Positions 38,965-51,920 of a DNA stretch of 64,000 nt are shown here, in pieces; the first letter of the stretch is position 1, and the number at the start of each line of letters is the position of its first letter. Below the pieces are notes generated by a model that was not told the origin of the DNA, did not search any database, and was given only the letters and a program-made list of their open reading frames with translations. The position numbers and the translations under genes were made by a program. Origin of the DNA: Lama guanicoe (Eukaryota); assembly GCA_013239625.1 (NCBI GenBank), contig MU054120.1:186001-250000 (forward strand), in the 5' to 3' direction.

Positions 38965-39625
38965 AATAAATAAGTATTCATCTATCACCTACTTTTCCGC
39001 ATGGTTCTCTGTTAAGTACAATAAGGAATATACACAATCCACAAACCCTGATTCCTGCATTCTTATAACCTGTAATCTGCAGTGACCACATATAAATTTA
39101 ACTTACTGCAATGAAAGACAAAATGTAGATTGCTGCCCATGAATGGTACAGAAAACAAGTTTCGTAAGAGTTCAGAAGAGGCAAGACAACTCCTAGAAGA
39201 AGAATTAAGGGATGCTTAATAAGAGAGGTGGCCGTTGAGCTGAGCTCAGATGATAAGTGAAACAGGAGTAGATAAACCAAGATGAGAAATACAAGTAAAA
39301 GGGTTGAACTGATCAAAATTCACATGATGAAAAAAAAGAATTCACATGATGGGCCTGTGAGTGGACTCGTCTTGGCAAGAGTGCCAGGTTGTTAAGAAGA
39401 ATGCAAGAAAGGTAATTTAGGGATGGAGGACTTGAATGGCAGGACAAGGATGCTGGACCTTAAGCAATTGTCAGTTGCATGATATCAGAGGCATTTGGGA
39501 GGATATTGTTGTGGTGACCATATGAAGAGTGGTTTGGAAAAGCAAGAGATTAAAGGCAGAAAACTAAATGAGAACCTTTGGCAATGGACTGGTCATAAAT
39601 CAATAAAGGTTTGACTGAAAATACT
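38965..39625 (-). mobile_element. L2 fragment
   Basis: ttgagctgagctcaga...cttgaatggcaggacaaggatgctggacc...aaggtttgactga. Confidence 0.6.
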
Positions 39626-39656
39626 GATAATGTTAATGGAAAAGAACATTATATAT

Positions 39657-39812
39657 ATATACAATATATATATATATATATTAAATTATTTTATTTTGGC
39701 AGAGGGGGTAGGTAATTAGGTTTATTTATTTTTAGAGGAGGTACTGAGGATTGAACTCAGGACCTTCTTTATGCTAAGCATGTGCCCTGCCACTTGAGCT
39801 GTACGCTTCCCC
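39657..39812 (-). mobile_element. vic-1-type camelid tRNA-derived SINE with TSD
   Basis: Minus strand reads ggggaagcgtacagctcaagtggcagggcacatgcttagcataaagaaggtcctgagttcaatcctcagtacctcctctaaaaataaataaacctaattacc (A and B boxes). TSD gaacatt[a/g]tatat at 39644-39656 and 39814-39826. Confidence 0.9.
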
Positions 39813-41344
39813 TGAACATTGTATATTTTTTTCTTTTGATTCCTTAACTGTTTCCGAATGGACTTCATGGAAACGTTCCTGGAACTTGAAATCCACGTTT
39901 GTCCTCCCTCAATCCAATTCTGCAAGTCTGAATAAGTGAAATGAGTTTCATAAACTTGGTATGAACTCATTAACTTCATCAGTGAAGGTGTGAAAGGCTG
40001 CAGCCTGACTTCTCCCCGCCAAGTGGGTTGTCTGTAATAAAACACCTATCACTTCAGGGACTTTAAATTAGCAAGCCATCTGGCAGAAGGGGGAATTAAT
40101 GAGGACGGCATTACTCATGACGGAGGGCCTGGGTTTGACTCAGAGGGCCAAACAGTGCTGAGGATGATCTGGGTATTATTTTAAGTTGAAGTTTCAGTTC
40201 TTAATAAAATATCACACCTCGAAGGATCATATTTTTAATAAGTTTTTTTGTTATAAAACCAAATACGCATGCAAAAATGCGTAAGTGATTGTGAACTAAG
40301 TGTAGACCCGCTGAGTAATTCAGGTCAAGATAATACCGTGTGAAGGTCAAGTGCTCTGATTCATTCTTACCAAGAAGCACCTGTTAAGGTCCAGCAGTGC
40401 ACTATTAAAATCTCCTGTCTGCAATATCCTCTTAACATGGCTCCCCTGATGATCCGTGTAAGAACGAAACCACACCTAGCGTTGGTGGGGGGGGGTGTTC
40501 ACTCACTGTTAGCTCATGGAAAGGGGATTGAGTTAGTCTTTGGAAAAGCAATTTGGCAATCTTATTAAAAGCAAAGTGCTTCCAGCTTTTCACCTATTAG
40601 TCTCATTGTAGATTTGTCATACAATAATAATTAATTAAGCCAAAATATCTCAGCTGTTTTGGTCAATAAACCATGACATATTTGTAGGCTGAAATATTAT
40701 TTTCAGGTTTATGACAGGAGTTGGAGGAGACATTGGATAAGGAGTAAAGGTGCATTTGAGCTGCACATTCACAGGGTCTGAAATGTGGACTTTTCACTTT
40801 ATAGCTTCATGGCATCAGTACAGTCTTAGATTTGTATTTACAGAGTGGAAATATATGTATTTATATCTCTTGCCACTGAGAACTTGTTTCACACTACCTG
40901 ATGGAAATTCTTGGATGGCAGGCTTACAAGTACTGTTTCTGTATATATTTGTAATATCCAAATTTTCTGTGATGAATAGATACCACTTTATAAATAGGAA
41001 AACAAGAAATAAATGCTATATCAAAAAACACTGAGGAGATAAGCGACCCATGCAGTTGTTGCGCTCAATGCATTTAAATTTGGTACACGAAGCCCAGCGA
41101 TGTGGGACACCTAATAGTAAGCGTGTTAGCACGCATGGCAGATGCGCTCTTCCCCCAACACTAAAATTCTTCCTGGCTATCCACCTTACGTCACGTAAAA
41201 CTCTTTGTTGCTGCTAAATAATTTTGCTTTGCTATTCTCTGTCCTTTTTGGCTTCCTAGACACCTGAGTGAGTTGTTATATGTAATCCATTATATATATA
41301 TATATATATATATTTTATATATATAAAATTTTGGCACAGGTATT

Positions 41345-41780
41345 TTATTTGGCACAGGTATTTTGGTACAGGTATCCCATTTGGGAATACATTCCAGGAA
41401 GTTGTTACAGGGAAATGTGACATCAAGTAGGAAAAGCCAGCAAAAGGCATGTTCTTGAGATCACAGCCGTAGGCAACAGGGGCTCAACTCAGCCAGGCCC
41501 TCTGATAAACATGCAGAATGCCCCCCACAGGATGGTGAGGGTAATCATGCATCGGGTCCCAGTCCCTCCAGCATTAACACCCCTGCACTGCCGGGCAAGG
41601 CCCGCGTGCAAGCTGAGTGGGCTTCCGCATCTTCAGTGAAAATTGCAGGGCAGATGTGCGGCGGGGTGAATGGCTCATGTTGGAGGAGGGGTGCTGTCAG
41701 TGCCCACAGAAACGTCTGCCAGCACTGCAACTTGGAAGGAGGGGGAGGGGTGAGAGGATATGTTCCAGGCCAGCAAAAGC
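41345..41780 (-). mobile_element. LTR33-like ERVL LTR
   Basis: ttgggaatacattccaggaag...gaaaagccagcaaaagg...gtaggcaacaggggctca...ttaacacccctgcactgccgggc. Confidence 0.7.
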
Positions 41781-42900
41781 ATCTGCTTCAACCCACCCTT
41801 ACCCCTTGCAGATCTATGTGTAACCCACAATCATTATAATGTCGATTACTCTTCAAGGTGGTAACAAATTACATCCCCTTAGGAAGACTAAGTGAGTAGG
41901 ATTAATGACACAAGCGACAGTGCCCACTGCTGCAGCTGTCTTGGAGGCCGTGAATGACGATTGTCACCTCCATCCCCTAGCTTGCCCTTTCTAGATGGCT
42001 TGTCCTTTGTCCGGCACTGTAGCGGGTCTAGCTGCTTGTCCAGGCAGTGGATGGAGACCTTCTTCCTTGAGGAGTTTGAGGCTTTGGCTGCTGAAAAGTG
42101 CTAGTAAGTCTCCATTTTTTAGGTGGGTTGAGTCATATCTTTATCCCTGAGGGTGGTGAGCATTTGGCTATTTGGCTTTCGTCAAGCCGTTGAAGGTGCA
42201 ATTTTTCTTTCACTCTCATCAGCCCTCCAACAGGCCTCCATTCAATAGCCCTCCAAACCTCCCCTCCATTCTCACTGTGTGGCAGTGAGTCTAGCTCCCC
42301 CTGATAATCAGGGGTAATTTTTCCCTCACCAGCATGGTACCTGTTTCTTTTTGTCTGCTAGCCTACTGACATACAATACCCCAAATGACCATGCAGCTAT
42401 AATAGCTTCACTTTCAGTGAAAACATTATTGTGTCCAGTGGTGGAAGTGTTCCCCTCCTGGGAATTAAAGCCTTTTCATTCAGTAGAGACTAAAATTATA
42501 AGGATGGGAAATACACATTTCCAAGTGGGTCTCTGGAAGTAATGGCAAGAGGACGACTTCTACACACACCCTTTCATTCCAGACCCATGTATTGGAACTG
42601 TGTAGGGTACAACAGTATTGTGTCAGTGTTTTACCACCTGTCCCAGTGAACAGCACCGCAACCTACATCCCCAGGCTGGCACCTTAGATCAGCTTCGTAA
42701 GGAGCTCGTCCACATCCTCCCAGGCTGCCCACCACCAGGTGATTCCCTGTATGGTAGAACTCGTGGCTCCCCTGGTCATGCATCCGTCACTGCACAATCT
42801 TTGTCACAACGGGGCCATCTATTGATAGCACCCTCTGAAGAACTGGGCACCAAGTTCTTCCTTAAAGGGAAACTGAACAGCAGGTACACAGTCCACTAGT
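41781..42900 (-). mobile_element. ERVL internal (pol 3' region) fossil adjoining the LTR
   Basis: Minus-strand remnants PIHGSG (~42595-42578) and TPDYQG (~42317-42300) resemble the ERVL pol C-terminal motifs RIHGSGNQG and DPDYQGE. Heavily degenerate. Confidence 0.7.
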
Positions 42901-43665
42901 AAGCTACTCAAACCCTGAACACTGCATGAACTAATTTCATGATCTCTTCCATTTTACCTTTCCAAACTGAACTCCCACTCCTCTGGTCTTTCCACCAAAA
43001 ATGTTTCTGCAGCTGAACCACAATACATTCTGTTCCAGGCATACATCCCATTTTTTAAAGATCCTAGGGTTCTTTGCTCATACTGTCTCCTCCATTAGGG
43101 GTGCCTTTGCCTTCAACTCCACATGGCGAAATGAAATATGTCTTACAGAGTCTGGTGAAACACAATCTCACCTACCAAGCTTTTGCTCTTCCCTCCGTCC
43201 CAGACTGTTCTTCTGTGTTCTCCCACAGACCTCCCCACAGCTTGCAGGTGCAATACTTATCTGCTTCTCTGAAAACCCATAGCTCCTTATCTGTACCTCT
43301 ACGATACCACCACCCGTTACTGTAGTTTGTGTAGTAGCCCAGTTAAAACTTTGGCTTCACAGTTCAGTCTTTCAGCTTTGCTGCATTTAAGGAATCACTC
43401 CCCTTATACCACCTCTTTTTCTCCTGATTTTGTGTTTTAAACACCCAAAGAGCTGATGCCTCCACTCAGGGGAATGTACTTTGTAGAAGGACAAAGGCCA
43501 ACTGCTTCACCTGTGTCCTATCATGACCACCTGTTCCGTATCTCCCCTATTAAAAACCTTAACTCCTTGAGGACAGGAACCACATCACATAGACATTAGT
43601 ATTACCCTCAGAACAGTGCCTGACACACATAGGGACTCAGTAAACAGCAGAGTGAATAAATTATG
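42901..43665 (+). mobile_element. L2 fragments including the 3' terminus
   Basis: actccttgaggacaggaaccac...agaacagtgcctgacacacatagggactcagtaaa...gagtgaataaat. Confidence 0.7.
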
Positions 43666-43824
43666 CAAATACTATTTATTTCACAGTTGTGCTGAGAGAA
43701 GAAAAGAATAAGTAATTTAAAATATATGTTCCAAAGCATTATCATATCATTACGGTATTTATCATGACCAACGGGTCGGCTTGTTGAAGGAATAAATAAA
43801 TTAAATTGAAGGAAGATCCAAGAT

Positions 43825-44231
43825 ACACAGCATCGAGCACGTCTATCAGTGCCGTTTTTTCCAACAGTATTTGCTTACTTTGTGTCTCTGTGTCACAATT
43901 TGATAATTCTGACCATATTTCAGGCTTTTTTATTATTATTATATTTTTATGGTGATCTGTGGTCAACCAGTGATCTTTTGTATTAATATTACAATTCACT
44001 GAAGATGGTTAGCATGTTTTAGCAGTCAAGTATTTTTAAATTCAGCTATGTACTTTCTTTTCCGGATATAAGGCTATTGCACACATAATAGACCACAGTA
44101 CAGTATAAATGTAACTTGGATGTGCATTGGGAAACAAACAAAAAAATCCGTGTGACTTGCTCTGTTGCGAAATTCACTTGATAGCAGTGGTCTGGACTGA
44201 AACCCTCCGTATCTCCAAGGCGTTCCGTGTA
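43825..44231 (+). mobile_element. Tigger1-derived internally deleted DNA transposon
   Basis: gtctatcagtgccgttttttccaacagtatttgcttactttgtgtctctgtgtcaca...aatagaccacagtacagtataaa...gtggtctggactgaaacc...atctccaagg...gTA. Confidence 0.85.
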
Positions 44232-46151
44232 TATGGGGAGAACTCCGAAGGATAAAATAATTCTTAATCACCAGTTTTACATTCCAGAAGGAAGTTTTAA
44301 AAATTGAAGGAGAAAATCAGTTTTAAAAATGTTTAATTATCTAATGAAATAGATGATAATTCTAAAGATTATTACCTGGAGAGCACTACAGGGAATTCAT
44401 AGTTAGTATTAACTTGTTAACTCTTGGCTCCACAGTAAGAGGTTAAAAGGTGAGACTTACAGAGAAATTTCTTCTGGTCTTACTCTACAAATAGCTCTTG
44501 CTGGAGCTATACACATACACCTAAAAAAAAAAAAGTTAATTGATATAGAAATTTTCCTTTAATATATTCTTTTCTGTGGTTTCCCAGTGGTCTCTCTTCT
44601 GATCATCCCAGCTCCTCTGCTGTTTTCTTTCATCGCTAAAGAACGTCAACGTTTTCATTTAGACAGCAAGGCAAATAGTATATTTCTGTCCAGTATGGGT
44701 TATTCATTAGGATCAGTTCTTACATTATCTCCCTTGTTTTACTTTTCCAATGTGCAATTAAATGGGAAAAACTGAGGCAATTATGTGTCCTTGGAAAGAG
44801 CTGAATGTTTAAATTCTTTCTCTTCCATGAATTGCAAATTTGGCCCTGCTGTGTGACTTCTTTCTGTTTCGTGTATTTCATTTTTGAGTGAAATATTTTT
44901 ATTTATCTCACCTAAAAATAAGATGAAGGGGATATGTAAGATTATATCTTTTTAGCATCTACCAAAGACACAGGGCTCAAGGCCATGATTCTGTTAAAGA
45001 GACTGTGGACCATTTCTGACCGACCCAAATAGTTCACCAGTGTGGACTGGCTACATATTTCACGTATGTGCAATTCCATTGGGCATTGAATCGTCCCTTC
45101 CCAAATCCAGTTACAGTGAAAGGGAAATAAGTATTTAACATATCAAAACTAAATATAAAAATCACATTAGAGCGATTCCTCTGTGGTTAGTGCTTGCTCC
45201 AATCTAATTTTAAATCAGGAGATCTATATTTATCTTCAAGTTAAAACAAGGCCTAAACATCTACCCCTTCATTTCCCAGTTCCAAAATATAGTTAAGAAT
45301 AAGTCAGGTAAGAATTAAGACAGGAGATGAAGGAGACGTTTAATAAAATGTACCCTTAACTTTGTGGATTTCAAACCTCTCATTTTAACACTGACAGTAC
45401 TTTACCATCTATGCCCCGTGGTAATGTCTGTGCAGGTTCTATCTTATCTTTGCAGGGTACATTAAAAAAAAAGGTTCCTGGTCAAGCTTAAAAGCAGACA
45501 CCTAGAAGGACGAGACCGGCCACCGCTCCTCCTGTCCACCCACACTTTATTCACCTCTGGCTCTTGTCCCTTGACAGCTGACATCTATTCATCAGGTAAA
45601 ACATAATTCTCAAACTAGTTCCATGGATTTTTTTTTCCCCACACTTGTTTCTTGTGTCCTGGGCTGGGAAGATGACAGACCCAGTGTCATCTCCACTCCC
45701 ATCAGTGCCTGCTGGGGGTTTTGGTGACTGAGTTGGGATGGGCTATTTCCAGTCAGGCTTCTATAGACTTTCCCTTGTAACAAGCCAGAGTGGTGATTTT
45801 CCTAAGACATGCTTCAGTGCCCCGCCGTTTTGCTGCAAGGCACGAGAAGAATTTCGGGAAACCTTCTTAGGTTGCTAGTGATGTGACTGCTTCTAGGACT
45901 TACAGAAAATGATCTCCCATTTTGTTTCAGTTGCTTTCCAGCAATGACTCTTAACAATGTAACGAATTTCTCACATGGCTTAAGATATGCCAAAGTCTAA
46001 TCAGCCCCGCCTGTCTGAGCTGCCTCGGGGGCAGAGCAGGGATGGAAGACAGTGGCCACAGGTGGTGTGCTGTCCACAGCTCTCTCAGCGCAGCCCCGCC
46101 GCCGCGCGTGTCCTGCTAGTTCCCGTACTAGAGAGTTTCTCCAACAGTATG

Positions 46152-46235
46152 TTTCCTCCTCCTCTTCCTTCTTTTTTCTTCTTCTCCTTCACCTCCTCCT
46201 TCTCCTGCCCTTTCTGCTTTTGTTTATTTATTTTT
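46152..46235. repeat. Pyrimidine-rich (CCT/CTT)n low-complexity tract
   Basis: ttcctcctcctcttccttcttttttcttcttctccttcacctcctccttctcc. Confidence 0.85.
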
Positions 46236-47149
46236 GTGGTCCTTAGCAAGAAGCGATGAAATCCGTTGCTTTGTGGCTATGTCTACTAGGTGGATAGATC
46301 CATTCTCTCTGCTCTGAGGACAATGAGACGGTATTAGCTAAATAACGACTTACCAATTCCATCAGTAGTAGTAATGAGGAGTCATAAGCTTAAGAAGGGC
46401 CGGTAGAAATGCGGGAAACAAAACGTTGTTTGTTAGTGGTAACTAAAGGTAACTAGTAGGAATAAGATGGAAAAGATAATCACCATTTTTCCCTTTCCCA
46501 AGTTGCATCTCTGATTTGGATTCATCTATAATTCCAATCATTTTTTTAAAAGGAACATTAATACTATGGATGTAGCAATTAGCATCTCAAAGTTCTTATT
46601 AGGTTAGAATTTAATTGAACCTAATATTTTGAATATGTCATGGAAATATCTGTAAAATACTATAGCTGTATCCAGAAACCTACTGCAAGTGTATAGAGGA
46701 AAAAGATAGAATTTTATAGAATCCCATATGAAAAGGCATTAGGTTTCCTTGACTATAATTAACCGTGTGATATGTACCTCTAACAGCTAATGTCACTGTA
46801 TGCTACATTCATAGAAGTAGGTGCATAGAAGAAAGGATGGGACAATTCGACTGCTCTCTGCACTAATGGAGAATTCTGCCTCACTCTGGAGAAGCATTTT
46901 TTTCTAACTGATCAAAATGATGAGACAACTTTAAATAAAATTATTATTATTTATTTATAAAGCAGGAAAAATAATATTTATGGGATGGGGATGGAGTAGA
47001 GAGAATAATATAGTTTATTTATTTGAAGGGCTGTTTAACAAGAGATGAATACGTTCCATTCTTATCCTAGGACACATTCCTCACATCAAAATTTTCATTT
47101 GACTCAATTCATGTTTATTGAGTGTTTACCACATTTATTCCTGGCAAGA

Positions 47150-47360
47150 TAACGGGGTTGAGAATCAGAGATAGACACCAATTCTGGCTCTTTCATTCAT
47201 TATATGTGACCTTGGCAAGTATTTTACTTTGCTGAGTTGCAGTATTCTCAACTGCGGTGTGAAGTCGGTCATACCTATTTCATGGTTGGTGCCAAGTATT
47301 AAATTAGATAATGTACAGAATGTAACAGAGGCCAGTTCACAGCAAGCATTTGACATATTC
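47150..47360 (+). mobile_element. MIR SINE
   Basis: tatgtgaccttggcaagtattttac...gtattaaattagataatgta. Confidence 0.75.
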
Positions 47361-49140
47361 TTGGGAGGACTCCTAGAAGAAATGAATATTCAAAGTATTT
47401 AGTAGGTCCCCAGTGGAACGAACTAGGATCAAAATCTTTAAATTGTTGATATGTGTCTGCTCAAATAAACAGTAACTTTTTGTTTCCCACATTCTCACTG
47501 CTCCTTAAGCTTTCTTTTTGGTTCACATGTGCCTCGGTAAGTTTGATAAAAGCTGAGTCCCTCTTCATAGACAACGTGCAAACAAGCAAAAACACATGCG
47601 CAAAATTGTATTAGATATTTCAGGAGCTGGATTGGCTCATTCAAATCCTTCCCTCAGTGTATATCTTCAATAAGTAAAAATTATGTTAAATTGGTATAAT
47701 TTTAAAATTCACAAAGAAGTGCAAGGAATGAAAAAAGTAGTTGAGAATCGTGTTGGGAACGTCGCTAATGCTGTACTTCCTATCTTAGTAGTGATGCAAT
47801 AAGGACGAAAGACAAGACATTGGAGATGTTATCTCAAGTCCAATTAGAAATTACAGTCATTGAGCAATTTCCAAAGAATTTAATAAATACTCTCTATAAA
47901 TATGAGGACACATGAGTAGTTAATCCTTGTTCATTTACTGACTTTTAGCAGACTTGTTTCTAAGCATTACACTGGCATCAATTTGAGAGTTTATGTTTTG
48001 TCAACAGAACAAGTCCTGTTACACCAATTTTCTAAATCTTTGCAAACCCATCTTCTCTTTTGATAAACATAAAAATATTAATCTCTTATTAATGTAATTT
48101 GAAATTGCAAAACAACTAAGTATTTGAAAAAACACTAAGGCCTTGACAATTTTGAAAATAGTTTTTTGAAATTAGATTGGCTCACGAAGATTCCAACCTG
48201 CCTCCCTCCGGGCTCACTGCCCTCATGTCTTGCCCTCATTAACTCCAAAGCTTGTAATGTGCATAGATTTCCTTTTAATATTCTGGCCCAGAGGGGAAGC
48301 AAAAATAAATAGGAAATTAAAGCAGTTATTCAGATTATTCTAACCAACATTTTCACTTTGGTTATCGTGGCCCCTATTGTCTTGGTTTGCCAAGGAGTCC
48401 TTTTCTGCTATTAGAACTGGTACCCGGTCCCAGGGCAGCCCTGTGACCCAAATTCGTAAACTAGATTCAGAATTTGGTCCAGGGGTGGGCATAGGAACCC
48501 AAGAAAGGACAATCAGAATCACTCTTCTGGATTTTTACCTGGAACTAACGTGCCCGTATGTTGGCATTGGGGGTGCTGTGCACACATGCATGTGCAGGGC
48601 ATGGGGGGTTTCTCTTCCTCCTGTGGTCACAGAGTTGTATGGTTATAACCCCTAAGCGTACTCCGCCGTCACACCAAGGGAACGAAGATGCACACAGAGG
48701 AAATCAGAGATGCGACGATCCTGTCAGAAATGCACTCAAGCCTACAGGTCTTCCTTCAATTCTGTATGCTTTGTCCTGTCAATATATTTTCTTTTACTTA
48801 AACTGGATCTAGCTGGGTTTCAGTCACTTGCAATTGACATGATCAATATAATTACTTATATTAGGTTTTTGTTATTATTTTTGGTCTTCAAACTTCTATT
48901 TAAAGCAGTGGACTCTTTTTCAAATAAAATAGTGGATGGATCCTCCTCCAACAAAAAATAGTTGCGTGGATTGAAGCAGGTAAACAGCATCCTGTTCTTA
49001 AAGTGCCTTCTTGGACTTCCCTTTGCCCCAAAGGTGATTCTTCCACTCTTCGTGAAAATGCCTTGGTCTCTACAAAACACCATCTAAAAATGAATGGGAA
49101 AGTTTTCGCAGGGACAAAAGCATCCACCATATTACATCTG

Positions 49141-49490
49141 TTTCTTTTTTTAATTTCAGCTTTATTGGGTATAATTGTCATATAAATGTATAAGATATTG
49201 AAAGTGTACACTATGATGATTTGATATATGTACATATTTGCCTTTCTGTGTGCGTGTAAGGACATCCAAGTTTTACTCTCTTAGCAAATTTTAATTATAC
49301 AACACAGTGTTAACAACTGTAAGTTACCAAGTTTTACATTAGCTCCTGCCGCCTTATTTGTTTTAGAGCTGGACCTTATTACCATCAGGCCCTTATTACC
49401 ATCTCCCCTGCTTCCTCCAGCCCTTGCCCCTGGAAACCACTTTTCTACCCTCCATGTCTATGAGTTTGACTTTATTTTTGTATTCCACGG
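49141..49490 (-). mobile_element. L1MA9-like 3' UTR
   Basis: cagctttattgggtataattg...tactctcttagcaaatttt...tctatgagtttgact...attccac. Confidence 0.8.
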
Positions 49491-50199
49491 GTTTTCTTTT
49501 AAATACATGCACACATGAGGATAGCTGTATCTTTCTACCACACTCTGCCCTGGTTAGTGATAGCTCTAAACAACTTTTCTCCTCATTCTACTCTTGTTAA
49601 AATACCCGTTGCCTACTGTGCTGTATGAAAAATTCTGCGACAGAATAATTAGCACTTAAAAGAGTATTCAAGTGATTTGTGTCGTATCATTATGTTCCCA
49701 ATTTAATTTTCACTTGCTCGGATATTAGGTTTTAATATTATATAAAACTAACAAATCCAAGTTTTAAATTGATTTCTTAATTCTAAAATAAAAGTTGCAA
49801 AAGCTATTTTTATAAGGAAAATTTTATAAAGAAAATGTGGGAAATTTCTCTATAGTTTCTTGTTGAGAATTAAGCTTAAAGAGTGAAATGCAGTATGAAA
49901 GTTTAACTTTGTGATAGTGAATATTGTTCTTCTTTATAGTCAATTATTCCTTAAAATAGGAAATGGTTAATTTAAATGAGTTTCAACTTCAAGAAATGAG
50001 CAAACTTCGTTTTAATAGCATGCCTTTTATATAGAAGTCAAGAAGATTGATACAATGATGATGTTTTAAATTTGAACCTCATGAGGCATCAGTCATTGCA
50101 ATTAAAGAAAATTAGAAATGAAAAAATACAATCAATACAAGCATAGCAACGTGAAGTCATCAGTTTTTTTCAGTGTGCTTGTAGCCATTATTGGTTTGG

Positions 50200-50435
50200 C
50201 CTACTCAGCATCTCTTTTTGGTAGAGCATCTCAAATTTCCTTTGGAGAAATATGCTCCATCCATACTGAGGCACAAGGTTGAGAAGGGGTAAGACTGCTT
50301 TTGTGATTTAGCCTGGCCAGACAAAGTCCTGAATTGCCTTAGACACAGGGAATGGTTGAAAGATGTGCATATGACACAAATTCATCCAATCAGAGAGAAT
50401 CCCAGGGCTTATGAGGGAGCCACTAGAAGAGAAGA
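50200..50435 (+). mobile_element. LTR16-like ERVL LTR fragment
   Basis: gcctggccag...gaatggttgaaagatgtgcatatgacacaaa...ccaatcagaga. Confidence 0.5.
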
Positions 50436-50449
50436 TCTGTGTTTAAAAT

Positions 50450-51920
50450 TGGAATAGAGAACCCAGAAATATCCATGTATTTACGGTCAGCTGATTTTCA
50501 ACATAGGTGCAAAGAACATACAATGGAGAAAAATAGTCTCTTCAATAAATGGTTTGGGGAAAACTGGATATCAACATGCAGAATAATGAAATTGGATCGT
50601 GATCTTATACTATATACAAAAATCAACTTAAAATAGATTAGACTTACTTGTAAGACCTGAAACCTTAAAACTCTTAGAGAAAACATAGGAAAAAAATCTC
50701 GACATTGATGTTAGCAATAATTTTTTGGGATCTGACACCAAAAGCAAAGGCAACAAAACCAAAAATAGACACTTGCGATTGTATTGAACTAAAAAGCTTC
50801 TGCACAGAAAAGGAAAGAGTCAACAGAATAAAAAGGCAACCTTCAGAATGGGAGAAAACATTTGCAAACCATGTATCTGATAAGGGGTTAATATCAGATT
50901 AACCCAATAGCAACCTAATAGCAACAAAAAAAAATTCCCAGTTAAAAAATGGACTAAGAACCCAAATAAACATTTCTCAAAAGAAGACATACAAATGGTC
51001 AAGGGTGTATAAAAAGCTGCTCACCATCATTAATCATCATGGAAAATACAAATCAAAATCACAATGATGTATCACCTCATATCCATTAGAATGGCGATTA
51101 TCAAAAAAGCAGAAGATAACAGGTGTCGATAAGGATGTGGAAAAAAAAAGAAATGTTTGTATTCTGTTGATAGGCATGTAAATTGATACAGCCTTTGTGG
51201 GAAATAGTATGCAGATTCATCAAAAAATTACAAATAGAACTGCCATCTGATCCACCAATTCCACTTTTATGTATACAGCCAAAGGAAATGAAATCTCAAA
51301 AAGGTATCTGTATTCCCATATTTATTACAGTATATTGACAAAAGCCAATACATGGAAACAACCTAAGTGTCCACTGACAGATGAATGGATAAAGAAAATG
51401 TGGTATACATACAATAGAACATTATTCAGCACTGAGAAAGAAGGAAACCCTGCCGTTTGTGACAGCATGAATGAAACTGGAGGACATTACACTAAGTGAA
51501 ATAAGGCAGGCACGGAAAGACAAAAACTGCATGATCTCACCAATATGTGGACTCTAAAAAATTTAAACTTTCAGAAACAGAGACTAGAATGGTGGTTGTC
51601 AGGGCTTGGGTGATGGGAAAAATGGGGAGATGTTGGTAAAAGGGTACTTGGGTTCAGTTTTGAGGGATGAATAAGTTCTGGAGATCTAATGTGCAGTATG
51701 GTAAGTTTTGGTAGTAATACCATACTGTATACTTGAAATTTGATAAGAATTATCTCAAATGTTCTCACCACAAAAAAAAAATTAGCTATGTGAGTCAATG
51801 CGTATTTCAGTTTGCAGTAATCATTTCATAATGTATATAAAAAAGTCACATTGTACACCTTAAATATATATACAATTTTTGTTGTTGTTAAGCATCTCTC
51901 AAGGCTGAAGAAAATAAAGT
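50450..51920 (+). mobile_element. 5'-truncated L1 (L1MA9-like): disrupted ORF2 C-terminus plus 3' UTR
   Basis: ORF2 remnants [61 protein letters not shown] and AN.TWKQPKCPLTDEWIKKMWY in different frames, then a typical 3' UTR. Confidence 0.93.

Noticed and set aside
39730..39812. tRNA-like sequence
   Set aside because: It is the head of a SINE with degenerate stems, an A-rich tail and a TSD, not a tRNA gene.
47500..47630. Possible hAT-Charlie MITE remnant
   Set aside because: The resemblance is too weak to assign a family or boundaries by eye.
50439..51499. ORFs with clear protein similarity ([27 protein letters not shown])
   Set aside because: Frameshifted remnants of L1 ORF2 in a truncated old element, not a host gene.
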